From an uncultured Bacteroidales bacterium (lineage in GTDB: Bacteria; Bacteroidota; Bacteroidia; Bacteroidales; Bacteroidaceae), in NCBI GenBank assembly GCA_902791295.1, contig CADAVI010000002.1, positions 270 to 64,269 of the forward strand: a DNA stretch of 64,000 bases. The letters run 5' to 3'. Below the pieces are notes generated by a model. That model was given only the letters and a program-made list of their open reading frames with translations. It had not been told where the DNA came from and ran no database searches. Below are positions 7,638 to 17,162 of the stretch, one piece after another; the stretch's first letter is position 1, and each line of letters begins with the position of its first letter. Both the position numbers and the translations under genes were made by a program.

Positions 7638-7843
7638 TCGGCGTCGACATTGGTTTCCAGGTCAAAATCCACGGAGCAGGGCTCGATGCCGTACTGCTCC
7701 TCCACCTCAGCCTGATAAAGATTCCAGGCAATGCGCATACGGTGGACAAAGTCCATGAGAAGATGTTCCTCCGTGACGCCCTTCCGGCGCAAATCATAGC
7801 CGCTGCGAGCGAGAATTGACAGATTAACGGCGATTTTATTCAT
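7634..7843 (-). CDS. small hypothetical protein (69 aa), translationally coupled (ATGA overlap) to the lipoprotein gene
   Basis: ORF track. 4-nt overlap with 6255..7637. TACATTTG -7 box at 7886-7893 on the minus strand. Confidence 0.5.
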   Translation of the reverse strand: MNKIAVNLSILARSGYDLRRKGVTEEHLLMDFVHRMRIAWNLYQAEVEEQYGIEPCSVDFDLETNVDAE

Positions 7844-7872
7844 CGATTATGCGTTGTTTCGAAGTTTTTTAC

Positions 7873-7880
7873 TACTTTTG
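7873..7880 (+). promoter_or_regulatory. -7 box TACTTTTG
   Basis: Lies 20 nt upstream of the sORF ATG at 7901. It would drive an sORF-ompH transcript. Confidence 0.4.
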
Positions 7881-7885
7881 CCGTG

Positions 7886-7893
7886 CAAATGTA
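7886..7893 (-). promoter_or_regulatory. -7 box TACATTTG
   Basis: Plus-strand CAAATGTA, 43 nt upstream of the ATG at 7843. Confidence 0.4.
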
Positions 7894-7900
7894 ACAAATA

Positions 7901-8071
7901 ATGCTGAAACTGTTTCTACTTATCACCCTTTTTGTTGGGTTAAGCGTGCTACTTTTGTGCATACGCATCGTTTTGGAGAAGAACGGGCGCTTCGGCAGCG
8001 AGCACATCGGCCACAGCAAAGCCATGAGACGGAAAGGCATACGGTGCGTACATCAACAATACAAAATATGA
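7901..8071 (+). CDS. 56-aa single-TM small protein (not in ORF track)
   Basis: Manual translation gives MLKLFLLITLFVGLSVLLLCIRIVLEKNGRFGSEHIGHSKAMRRKGIRCVHQQYKI. There is a -7 box 20 nt upstream. The stop TGA (8069-8071) overlaps the ompH ATG (8068-8070) in the ATGA arrangement. Confidence 0.45.
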   Translation: MLKLFLLITLFVGLSVLLLCIRIVLEKNGRFGSEHIGHSKAMRRKGIRCVHQQYKI

Positions 8072-8658
8072 AACATGTGATACTTTTCGCGGTGGCCGCT
8101 GCACTCAGCCTCACCGCTTGTCAGAAGTCGGCAGAAGAAGCCGAGGAGGGCGCACAGAGTGAAGGCGCAGAGACCACGGGGCTAAAGATTGCCTACGTGG
8201 AGATGGACAGCCTCATCACCCAGTATCAGCTCTACAAAGACTACGAGGAAGAGCTGACCCGCAAGGGCACCAACATCCAGAGCACGCTGGCACAGAAACA
8301 GCGCACGCTGGAGCAGCACGCCGCTGCCATGCAGAAGAAGTATGAGAGCAACGGATTCACCACCCGCGACGAACTGGAGCGCGCCCAAAACAACATCCAG
8401 GCAGAGCAGCAGCAGTTGCAGGAACTGGCCGACCGTCTGCAGACCGACTTCGCTCAGGAGCAGGCCCGCGTGAATCAGGAAGCCCGCGACAGCATCCAGG
8501 CCTTCCTGCGCTCCTACAACAAGACCAAGAAATACGACTATGTGCTCGTGAAGGCCGGCGACAACATGCTGGTGGCCAACCCCAAGATGGACATCACAAA
8601 GGAAGTCATCAAGGGTCTGAACAAGCGCTACAAAAAGAGCCACAAAACGGCAGAGTAA
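8068..8658 (+). CDS. OmpH/Skp-family periplasmic chaperone (196 aa)
   Basis: Internal ATG at 8068 gives MKHVILFAVAAALSLTACQ, a lipoprotein-type signal. The body is Q/E/K/A-rich coiled coil (KIAYVEMDSLITQYQLYKDYEEEL..), typical of OmpH. Confidence 0.8.
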   Translation: MKHVILFAVAAALSLTACQKSAEEAEEGAQSEGAETTGLKIAYVEMDSLITQYQLYKDYEEELTRKGTNIQSTLAQKQRTLEQHAAAMQKKYESNGFTTRDELERAQNNIQAEQQQLQELADRLQTDFAQEQARVNQEARDSIQAFLRSYNKTKKYDYVLVKAGDNMLVANPKMDITKEVIKGLNKRYKKSHKTAE

Positions 8659-8662
8659 CAAT

Positions 8663-8694
8663 AAAATATCCCGGGCCAAACGACCCGGGATATT

Positions 8695-8696
<2 letters not shown>
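8663..8696. terminator. bidirectional rho-independent terminator (13-bp stem AAAATATCCCGGG / CCCGGGATATTTT)
   Basis: Perfect 13-bp stem with an 8-nt loop and A/T runs on both sides. Lies between convergent ompH (+) and the gldE-like gene (-), and overlaps the latter's stop codon. Confidence 0.8.
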
Positions 8697-10014
<1,318 letters not shown>

Positions 10015-10045
10015 GCAGTGGGAAAAATGATATTAACTAAAAAAA

Positions 10046-10417
10046 TCAAGAGGCCGGAGGTTCCGAGGCGGATGAAGGAGCCGGGGTGCTTCTGGGCGTC
10101 AGCATCTCTATGGCTTCGGCCCATATCTCGGTGATGTATCGCGTGCGGCCCTGCTTATCTTCGTAGGAGCGGGTGTGAATCTTGCCTTCGATGTAGAGCT
10201 TGTCGCCCTTCTTGACATATTTGTCCACCGTCTCGGCCAACTGACGCCAAAGCACCACGTTGTGCCACTCAGTGCGCTCGGGCACTTCAGTGCCGTTGGC
10301 CAGCGTGTAGCCGCGCTCGGAAGTGGCCAGACGAATCTGCGCCACGCAGACGCCCTGATCCACAAAACGCACGTCGGGATCGAGTCCGACATTTCCAATG
10401 AGCATCACCTTATTCAT
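10046..10417 (-). CDS. ssb: single-stranded DNA-binding protein (123 aa)
   Basis: MNKVMLIGNVGLDPDVRF...TEWHNVVLWRQLAE...GDKLYIEGKIHTRSYEDKQG is a canonical OB-fold SSB. The short P/S-rich tail lacks a DDxPF tip. Confidence 0.9.
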   Translation of the reverse strand: MNKVMLIGNVGLDPDVRFVDQGVCVAQIRLATSERGYTLANGTEVPERTEWHNVVLWRQLAETVDKYVKKGDKLYIEGKIHTRSYEDKQGRTRYITEIWAEAIEMLTPRSTPAPSSASEPPAS

Positions 10418-10439
10418 CCTTCAATCACTTTTTGCACTA

Positions 10440-10447
10440 CAAAAGTA
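10440..10447 (-). promoter_or_regulatory. -7 box TACTTTTG
   Basis: Plus-strand CAAAAGTA, 23 nt upstream of the ssb ATG. Confidence 0.4.
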
Positions 10448-10511
10448 CATAATTTTTTAGAGATTCGGCATCAAAAGTCCCCATTTTTTTTGAACATTGC
10501 AATGTTTTTTG

Positions 10512-10519
10512 TATCTTTG
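10512..10519 (+). promoter_or_regulatory. -7 box TATCTTTG
   Basis: Lies 61 nt upstream of the phosphoglucomutase ATG at 10580. Confidence 0.4.
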
Positions 10520-10579
10520 CGGGAGAAATGGCAAAAACGCAAATAATCAAACAAACATAATTCAAACACATCACGCACT

Positions 10580-12316
10580 ATGGAAAACGAACTCATCAAA
10601 CAGTGTGAGGCCAAAGCCCGGGAATGGCTCGCTTCGCCCATCATCGACGAGGCCACAAAGGCCGAAATCAAAGCCATGTATGACGACAAGACGGCCCTCG
10701 TGGACGCCTTCTACCAGAATTTGGAGTTCGGCACAGGCGGCCTGCGCGGCATCATGGGCGCCGGTACCAACCGCATGAACAAATACATCGTCGGCATGGC
10801 CACTCAGGGCTTCGCTAATTACATCAACAAGGCCTTCCCCAAGGGCGGCTGCTCCGTGGTGGTCGGCCACGACTGCCGCAACAACGGCCGCATGTTCGCC
10901 GAATCCGTTGCTGCCATCTTCTCGGCCAACGGCATCAAGGCCTATCTGTTTGAGAGCCTGCGCCCCACCCCGGAAATCAGTTTCGCCATCCGTCAGTTGG
11001 GCGCCGTGGCCGGCGTCAACGTCACCGCATCGCACAACCCCAAGGAGTATAACGGCTACAAGGCCTATTGGGCCGACGGCGCACAGGTGCTCGCTCCGCA
11101 CGACACGGGCATCATCAACGAGGTGAACAAGGTGAAACTGGAGGACGTGAAGTTCACGGCCAACTGGGACCTCATTAAAATCATCGGCGGCGAGATGGAC
11201 TACGACTACATGATGGCCGTGCACGAAGCCATGATTGACCAGGACGTCATCCTGCGCCAGAAGGATCTCAACATCGTCTACAGCGCCATGCACGGCACGG
11301 GCCGCCACATCGTGCCCATGTGTCTTCGCTCGTGGGGCTTCCAGAACATCAACGTGGTGCCCGAGCAGATGGTCGTTGACGGCAACTTCCCCACCGTCGT
11401 CTCCCCCAACCCCGAAAACGCCGAAGCCATGACGCTGGGCATGAAGCTCGGCACGAAGCTCAACGCCGACCTCGTAGTCGCCACCGACCCCGACGCCGAC
11501 CGTTTGGCCATCGTGTGCCGCAACCCCGAAGGCGAGTGGCAAATCATCAACGGCAACCAAACGGCCATGATGTTCATCTACTACATCATCAAGAACAAGA
11601 AGGCCATGGGCACATTGGGCAAGACAGACTTCCTGGTGAAGACCATCGTCACCACCGAGGTGATTGCCGAAATGGCCAAGAAGAACGGCGTGGAACTGCG
11701 CGACTGCTACACGGGCTTCAAATGGATTGCCCGCGAAATCGCCCTCTCGGAAGGCAAACAGAAATACATCGGCGGCGGTGAGGAGTCGTACGGCTTCCTG
11801 CCCTACGACAAGGTGCGCGACAAGGACGCTCCGGCTTCCATCTGTCTGATATGCGAGATTGCCGCATGGGCCAAGGATCAGGGCAAGACGCTCTACGATC
11901 TGCTCATGGAGATTTATAAGGAATACGGCTTCTCCTACGAGAGCACCATCAACGTGACCAAGCCCGGTAAGAGCGGCGCCGACGAAATCAAGCAGATGAT
12001 GGCCGACTTCCGCGGCACCAAGGCTCCGAAAGAAATCGCCGGCTCGAAGGTCGTGCTGACGAAGGACTACCAAAGCCTCACGGCCACCGACGACAAGGGC
12101 AACGTGAGCAAGCTCGACATGCCGACCACGAGCAACGTGCTGCAGTGGTTCTGCGAAGACGGCACGAAGATATCCGTACGCCCCAGCGGCACGGAGCCCA
12201 AGATTAAGTTCTATTGCGAAATCAAGGGACAGATCGGATGCGCCAAATGCTATCCCGGCGAGGTCGAGAAGGCCAAAGCGCACGTGGAGGCCATCAAGAA
12301 AAGCCTCTCTCTTTGA
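10580..12316 (+). CDS. pgm: phosphoglucomutase / phosphohexomutase (578 aa)
   Basis: TASHNPKEYNGYK phosphoserine loop, a metal loop in the DPDADR region, and GEESYG. The antisense 582-aa ORF is rejected. Confidence 0.9.
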   Translation: MENELIKQCEAKAREWLASPIIDEATKAEIKAMYDDKTALVDAFYQNLEFGTGGLRGIMGAGTNRMNKYIVGMATQGFANYINKAFPKGGCSVVVGHDCRNNGRMFAESVAAIFSANGIKAYLFESLRPTPEISFAIRQLGAVAGVNVTASHNPKEYNGYKAYWADGAQVLAPHDTGIINEVNKVKLEDVKFTANWDLIKIIGGEMDYDYMMAVHEAMIDQDVILRQKDLNIVYSAMHGTGRHIVPMCLRSWGFQNINVVPEQMVVDGNFPTVVSPNPENAEAMTLGMKLGTKLNADLVVATDPDADRLAIVCRNPEGEWQIINGNQTAMMFIYYIIKNKKAMGTLGKTDFLVKTIVTTEVIAEMAKKNGVELRDCYTGFKWIAREIALSEGKQKYIGGGEESYGFLPYDKVRDKDAPASICLICEIAAWAKDQGKTLYDLLMEIYKEYGFSYESTINVTKPGKSGADEIKQMMADFRGTKAPKEIAGSKVVLTKDYQSLTATDDKGNVSKLDMPTTSNVLQWFCEDGTKISVRPSGTEPKIKFYCEIKGQIGCAKCYPGEVEKAKAHVEAIKKSLSL

Positions 12317-12378
12317 CAAAACATCGCTTTAGCGAAAAAAAAAGAGTAAAAAGCCAGTCTTTATTGCAAGAAAAGACG

Positions 12379-12386
12379 TACCTTTG
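12379..12386 (+). promoter_or_regulatory. -7 box TACCTTTG
   Basis: Lies 57 nt upstream of the rpsP ATG. Confidence 0.4.
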
Positions 12387-12442
12387 CACCCGCTGTCACG
12401 AGATGGCAGCATATTTCAAACCTATTAAAACCATAAAAAGTA

Positions 12443-12994
12443 ATGGCAACAAAAATCAGATTGCAGCGCGGCGGCCGTAAGGGCTATGCCTTCTACAGCA
12501 TCGTCATCGCTGATGTAAGAGCACCACGTGATGGTAAGTTTACAGAAAAGATTGGCACCTACAATCCCAACACCAATCCTGCCACTGTAGATTTGAAATT
12601 CGACCGCGCCCTGTATTGGGTTGAGGCCGGCGCACAGCCTACCGACACCGTTCGCAACATTCTCTCCGGTGAGGGTGTTTACCTCATGAAGCACCTGAGA
12701 GGCGGTGTGAAGAAGGGTGCATTCGACGAAGCTGCTGCACAGCAGAAGTTTGACGCATGGAAGGCAGACCGTCAGAAGGGTCTCCAGGCCATCGCCGCCA
12801 AGCAGGCCGACGAGGCCAAGAAGGCTGCTGCAGAGCGTCTCAATGCAGAAAAGAAGGCTGACGAAGCCAAGAAGGCTCAGATTGCAGAAAAGGTAGCCGC
12901 ACTTGAGGCTGCCGCCAAGGAAGCCGCCGCAGAAGCAGAGGCCGCAGCCGCCGAGGCAGAAGCACCCGCTGAAGAGGCACCCGCTGCTGAATAA
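12443..12994 (+). CDS. rpsP: 30S ribosomal protein S16 with A/K/E-rich C-terminal extension
   Basis: [42 protein letters not shown] is the S16 core. The long low-complexity tail is as in Bacteroidota S16. Confidence 0.95.
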   Translation: MATKIRLQRGGRKGYAFYSIVIADVRAPRDGKFTEKIGTYNPNTNPATVDLKFDRALYWVEAGAQPTDTVRNILSGEGVYLMKHLRGGVKKGAFDEAAAQQKFDAWKADRQKGLQAIAAKQADEAKKAAAERLNAEKKADEAKKAQIAEKVAALEAAAKEAAAEAEAAAAEAEAPAEEAPAAE

Positions 12995-13002
12995 GAGCAT
13001 TC

Positions 13003-13611
13003 ATGAAACTGCTGCTGTTATCCAACCCGACGTTCTTCATCGAAGAAGACAAAATCCTCGCCACACTTTTTGAGGACGGGCTGGATATACTGCACCTGCG
13101 TAAACCAGGGTCAGAACCGGTCTATTGTGAGCGGTTGCTGACCCTGATTCCTACGCGCTACCACAATCGTATTGTAGCCAACGACCATTTCTACCTCAAG
13201 GAAGAATTCGGCCTGGCCGGAATACACATCAGCCACCACAACCCCAACCTGCCCAACGGATACAAGGGACAGAAGTCGTGCACCTGCTACGATATTGAAG
13301 ACCTGCCCCGCTGCAAGAAAGAGTATGACTATGTTATTCTCAAAAACGTCTTCGACAGCATCTCAGAGCCGGACTACAAGTCGCGCTACACTCTGGAGCA
13401 ACTCAAAGACGCCTCCAGACGCGGACTGATAGACCGCCACGTGATGGCTCAGGGCGGCGTGTCGCTGGAGCTCCTGCCCCAAGTGCGCGACCTGGGATTC
13501 GGCGGTGCTGTGATCAGAGGCGACCTCTGGAAACGCTTCAACATCCATTCCGGCATGGATTTCAAAGACCTATTGTTACATTTTCACCGCCTGCGCAAAG
13601 CGAGCGAATAA
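13003..13611 (+). CDS. thiamine-phosphate synthase-like (TenI/ThiE family) protein
   Basis: 202 aa. The FFIEEDKILATLFEDGLDILHLRKP...GIHI pattern is typical of short ThiE/TenI-like proteins of Bacteroidales. Family-level call only. Confidence 0.6.
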   Translation: MKLLLLSNPTFFIEEDKILATLFEDGLDILHLRKPGSEPVYCERLLTLIPTRYHNRIVANDHFYLKEEFGLAGIHISHHNPNLPNGYKGQKSCTCYDIEDLPRCKKEYDYVILKNVFDSISEPDYKSRYTLEQLKDASRRGLIDRHVMAQGGVSLELLPQVRDLGFGGAVIRGDLWKRFNIHSGMDFKDLLLHFHRLRKASE

Positions 13612-13626
13612 GCACAATCTAATTCT

Positions 13627-14562
13627 ATGTCAAACAACAACTTCCTTGTGTTTTCGGGAACTGCAACCCGATATCTTTCCGAAAAAATCTGTCAGAGTTT
13701 AGGTTGTCCTCTCGGCAATTTGATCATCACCAAGTTCTCCGACGGAGAATTTGCTGTCAGCTATGAAGAAAGCATTCGCGGCAAGGACGTGTTTTTGGTA
13801 CAGAGCACTTTCCCCAACAGCGACAACCTGATGGAGCTCCTGCTCATGATGGACGCCGCCAAGAGAGCATCCGCCCGCAGCATCAACGCCGTGGTGCCCT
13901 ATTTCGGATGGGCCCGCCAAGACCGCAAGGACAAGCCCCGTGTTTCCATCGGCGCCAAGCTGGTGGCAGACTGCATGACCGTGGCCGGCATTGACCGCTT
14001 GATCACCATGGACCTGCATGCCGACCAGGAGCAGGGTTTCTTCGACTGCCCCGTGGATCATCTCTACGCCTCCAGCGTCATGATGCCCTACATCAAGAGC
14101 CTGCAATTGAAGAATCTCGTGATGGCAGCTCCCGACGTGGGCGGCTCAAAGCGCGCTTCCACTTACGCCAAATACCTTGACTGCCCCCTCGTGCTCTGCA
14201 ACAAGACGAGAAAGAAAGCCAACGAGGTGTCTGACATGCAGATTATCGGTGACGTGAAAGGCGCTGATGTTGTTTTGGTGGACGACATGGTGGACACCGC
14301 AGGCACCATCACCAAGGCTGCCGACCTCATGATGGCCAACGGCGCCAACAGCGTGCGCGCTATCGCTTCACACTGTGTGATGTCCGGACCGGCTTCAGAG
14401 CGCGTGCAGAACAGTGCGCTTGAGGAGATTGTCTTCACCGACTCCATCCCCTACTCCCAGCGCTGTGCCAAGGTCAAGCAAATCTCCATTGCCGACCTGC
14501 TGGCCGAGACCATCCGCAGAGTGGTCGCCAACGAGAGCATCTCGTCGCAATACCTTATATAA
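13627..14562 (+). CDS. prs: ribose-phosphate pyrophosphokinase
   Basis: 311 aa. Contains ITKFSDGE, DLHADQEQGFF and the VLVDDMVDTAGT PRPP-binding loop. Confidence 0.95.
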   Translation: MSNNNFLVFSGTATRYLSEKICQSLGCPLGNLIITKFSDGEFAVSYEESIRGKDVFLVQSTFPNSDNLMELLLMMDAAKRASARSINAVVPYFGWARQDRKDKPRVSIGAKLVADCMTVAGIDRLITMDLHADQEQGFFDCPVDHLYASSVMMPYIKSLQLKNLVMAAPDVGGSKRASTYAKYLDCPLVLCNKTRKKANEVSDMQIIGDVKGADVVLVDDMVDTAGTITKAADLMMANGANSVRAIASHCVMSGPASERVQNSALEEIVFTDSIPYSQRCAKVKQISIADLLAETIRRVVANESISSQYLI

Positions 14563-15222
14563 TCCTTCCTTCTGAAGCAGCAACATTTCGTCGGACAGGC
14601 GAAGTGCATGCTCTACATCGTGTGTGGAAACGAGAATTGTGTGCTTCATCTCACGCGCCAGACGGGACAGCAGAGACAGCGTGGACACTTTGCTGGGATA
14701 ATCCAGAAATGCCGTCGGCTCGTCCAGGAGAATGACCGGAGTTTCCTGTGCTATTGCTTTCGCAATCATCACCTTTTGGCGCTCTCCGTCGGAGAGAGAG
14801 CCCACACGGCGCGATGCCAGCGGTCTTATACCCGTGATGTCAATACTACGGTCCACGACCTCCTTATCCACTGGGGAAAGTTGACCCCAGAACTGCGTGT
14901 AGGGGCTACGCCCGAGCGCGACGACATCCCACGAAGTCATGGACGGTACGGGGACATCGCGTGTGGTGACAACAGAGACCAGGCGCGCCAAAGCCTTGTG
15001 GCTGTAGGAGGCGATGCTGCATCCGTTGAGAAGCACATCGCCCGAGAGCGGCGGCTGCAGGCCGGCCAAGGAGCGTAAGAGCGTGGACTTGCCCACTCCG
15101 TTACGTCCGACCAGACAAATCAGACGTCCCTCTGGGAACTTAACGCTCAAAGGAGCGGTGACATGCCGCTGTCCTCCACGCGTGCTGTAACCAATCACAA
15201 GATCCTTCAGAACAACGTCCAT
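14395..15222 (-). CDS. ABC transporter ATP-binding protein (FepC/BtuD-like), orphan, C-terminus probably non-native
   Basis: Walker A GRNGVGKST, signature LSDGERQ, Walker B ILLDEPT and H-loop STHD. The last 56 codons run antisense through the 3' end of prs and look like G/D/L-rich shadow sequence. Confidence 0.75.
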   Translation of the reverse strand: MDVVLKDLVIGYSTRGGQRHVTAPLSVKFPEGRLICLVGRNGVGKSTLLRSLAGLQPPLSGDVLLNGCSIASYSHKALARLVSVVTTRDVPVPSMTSWDVVALGRSPYTQFWGQLSPVDKEVVDRSIDITGIRPLASRRVGSLSDGERQKVMIAKAIAQETPVILLDEPTAFLDYPSKVSTLSLLSRLAREMKHTILVSTHDVEHALRLSDEMLLLQKEGLYKVLRRDALVGDHSADGLGQQVGNGDLLDLGTALGVGDGVGEDNLLKRTVLHAL

Positions 15223-15230
15223 CGCAGTCC

Positions 15231-15521
15231 CTAACAGAAGATTAAATTCTGAACCACCTGCGCCCCGGCCTCATGATTCAGGGCCCGAAGATAGCAGTCG
15301 CGGTTCATCAGAAGGTTTTGCCTTAATGGTGCGCTCTTAATCTGCACACGAAGCGTGTCGCCCTGAAAACGCACTTCGCCGATGTAGCGCTGATACTGCT
15401 CGCCAATCACACGCGCCACCGCCACCTGGGCTCTGTAACGCGCCAAAGGCGTCTCCAATCCCTCCGAACGCAGAAAGGCGTCGAGAAGGGACGATATATG
15501 CTGGGGCCTGCGGTACAGCAC
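15231..15521 (-). CDS. DUF721 (DciA-like) small protein
   Basis: 96 aa. The pattern LLDAFLRSEGLE..L....V....V.G......I..V.F..G.L.V...S...R..L fits the DUF721 family by eye. Confidence 0.55.
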   Translation of the reverse strand: MLYRRPQHISSLLDAFLRSEGLETPLARYRAQVAVARVIGEQYQRYIGEVRFQGDTLRVQIKSAPLRQNLLMNRDCYLRALNHEAGAQVVQNLIFC

Positions 15522-15531
15522 TGAGGAGGAT

Positions 15532-17046
15532 TTACTGGTGCTGCTCGCGAAGCAGGTCGTTGACAGTCTTCACCGGATTGAAGGTGGCCAAAGGCACTTC
15601 GACCATGATGGTGGACCAGTCGCTCATGGCGCCGTTCCACAAGCCGGGCAACTCAAGCGCTTTGAGCTCGCGTCCGGCCTTGCTCTTGAAGGAGATAAAG
15701 CCTGTGGCAGGATCAACATACTTGGGCAGGTCGAACTTGTTACCTTTATAATCGCGAATCGCGCACACGAGGTCCACGGGGTTGAAATGTGTGCCCTCGG
15801 TGAACATCTTCTGGTACTCGGCATTGTTTTGGTCAATCTGGCTCGATTCCAGAATCTGCAAGGAAACGCTGCCGTCGGGATTGTAGGCCAAGAACGGACC
15901 GCCACCGGGCTCACCAACATTCTTCACCACACCGGCTGCACGCATGGGGCGATTGAGCTTCGAACGCAGGTAGTTGACCAGTTCGGTGTCTTCCATATCT
16001 TTGATGCCTTCTTTGTCGCAGCACAAGGTGTGGCGCACGAAACGAATCATCTCTTCAAGATCGGAGTGATTGAAGTCTCCGCTGTCCAGCAGTCTCAGGT
16101 AAGAGAACGCCTGGGTTTGAGCCTCAACCAGCACGCCAGCCAACACCTGCTTCCACAGCACGGTCTCCTCTTTGAGACGGTCGGGCACAACATTGTCGAT
16201 ATTCTTGATGAACACGATATCGGAGTCCAGGTCGGACAGATTTTCTATCAGCGCGCCGTGACCGCCGGGGCGGAACAGCAACTTGCCGTCTACGCGGAAA
16301 GGCTCGTTGTCCATCGTGGCGGCCAAAGTGTCCGTAGAGGGTTTCTGCTCTGAGAACGAAACGTGATAACGCACGCCGTATTCCTTCTCATAGTCGCCCA
16401 GCACATCCTTGACCAACTGCTGGAACAGAGCCTTGTGCTCGGAAGACACCGTGAAGTGCACGTCGGCTTCACCATTGCTGCTGGCATAGAGCGCAGCCTC
16501 CACCAGATGCTCCTCAAGCGGTGTGCGCGCCTGGGTATCGTAGCTGTGGAACTGAAGCAAGCCCTTGGGCAATTGGCCGTAATTGAGACCGTCGGCATCC
16601 AACATGGCCACGACAACATCCTTCTGACGACCCTCTGCCACCAATGCATCGGCGCCCTTGCCGTACATCACGACGCAGGCATCGTCCAAAGCGGGGAAGA
16701 AAGCAAAATCGTGGAGACGGTCGAAGAACTTCTTCTCAAAATCGGTCGTCGGCACGTCGTAATCGGCATCTACAAACTCAAACATCGCCTTGAACATACG
16801 GCTGGCAGCACCAGAAGCGGGCACGAATTTGGTAATTTTGTGTCCCTCCTTCTTATACTGTTCCCAAAGCTTGACGAAATGCTTCTGTTCTTCCACCGAT
16901 GTGCGCAAAATGCCGTTCTCAACACTGGCGGCGGCCTTCAGACGCAGAAACGGGAAGCCCTCGCGAAACTGCTTGAGCTGGCGCTCTATCTGTGACTCAC
17001 TGATTCCTTTTTGCTGAAGCTGAATTTTGTCTTCCTGTGTCAACAT
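15532..17046 (-). CDS. DUF4301-family protein (504 aa)
   Basis: The N-terminus QLQQKGISESQIERQLKQFREGFPFLRL and the FVPASGAASRMFK motif match my recollection of the Bacteroidota DUF4301 family. Not verifiable here. Confidence 0.6.
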   Translation of the reverse strand: MLTQEDKIQLQQKGISESQIERQLKQFREGFPFLRLKAAASVENGILRTSVEEQKHFVKLWEQYKKEGHKITKFVPASGAASRMFKAMFEFVDADYDVPTTDFEKKFFDRLHDFAFFPALDDACVVMYGKGADALVAEGRQKDVVVAMLDADGLNYGQLPKGLLQFHSYDTQARTPLEEHLVEAALYASSNGEADVHFTVSSEHKALFQQLVKDVLGDYEKEYGVRYHVSFSEQKPSTDTLAATMDNEPFRVDGKLLFRPGGHGALIENLSDLDSDIVFIKNIDNVVPDRLKEETVLWKQVLAGVLVEAQTQAFSYLRLLDSGDFNHSDLEEMIRFVRHTLCCDKEGIKDMEDTELVNYLRSKLNRPMRAAGVVKNVGEPGGGPFLAYNPDGSVSLQILESSQIDQNNAEYQKMFTEGTHFNPVDLVCAIRDYKGNKFDLPKYVDPATGFISFKSKAGRELKALELPGLWNGAMSDWSTIMVEVPLATFNPVKTVNDLLREQHQ

Positions 17047-17146
17047 AGTAGTATATGATTATGGTTTATTCTCTGCAAAAATAAGAAAAAAAATGAAACT
17101 ACGAAAATATTTGTTTGATCTGGATAAAGAATTGTCGGGAATTTTA

Positions 17147-17154
17147 TATCTTTG
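17147..17154 (+). promoter_or_regulatory. -7 box TATCTTTG
   Basis: Lies 9 nt upstream of the ATG at 17163, which supports 17163 rather than 17115 as the mutS2 start. Confidence 0.4.
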
Positions 17155-17162
17155 CACCCCGA

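Noticed and set aside
6099-7715. 538-aa plus-strand ORF opposite the lipoprotein gene 6255..7637
   Set aside because: It is Arg/Ala/Val/Gly-rich with no motifs, typical of an antisense shadow ORF in about 60% GC DNA. The minus-strand frame has a clean lipoprotein signal and sensible composition.
7849-8067. N-terminal 73 codons of track ORF 7849..8658 (OmpH), the long versions of ORFs 437..1051 and 20813..21781, and the 17115 start of mutS2
   Set aside because: Internal ATGs give proper signal peptides or family N-termini and sit behind -7 boxes. The extensions overlap neighbouring genes or promoters.
10571-12319. 582-aa minus-strand ORF opposite phosphoglucomutase
   Set aside because: The plus frame carries the TASHNPKEYNGYK active-site loop and full phosphohexomutase architecture. 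The minus frame is low-complexity shadow sequence.
12317-12345. Terminator after phosphoglucomutase (TCGCT-TT-AGCGA followed by an A-run)
   Set aside because: The stem is only 5 bp and the downstream run on the coding strand is A, not T. This is not convincing.
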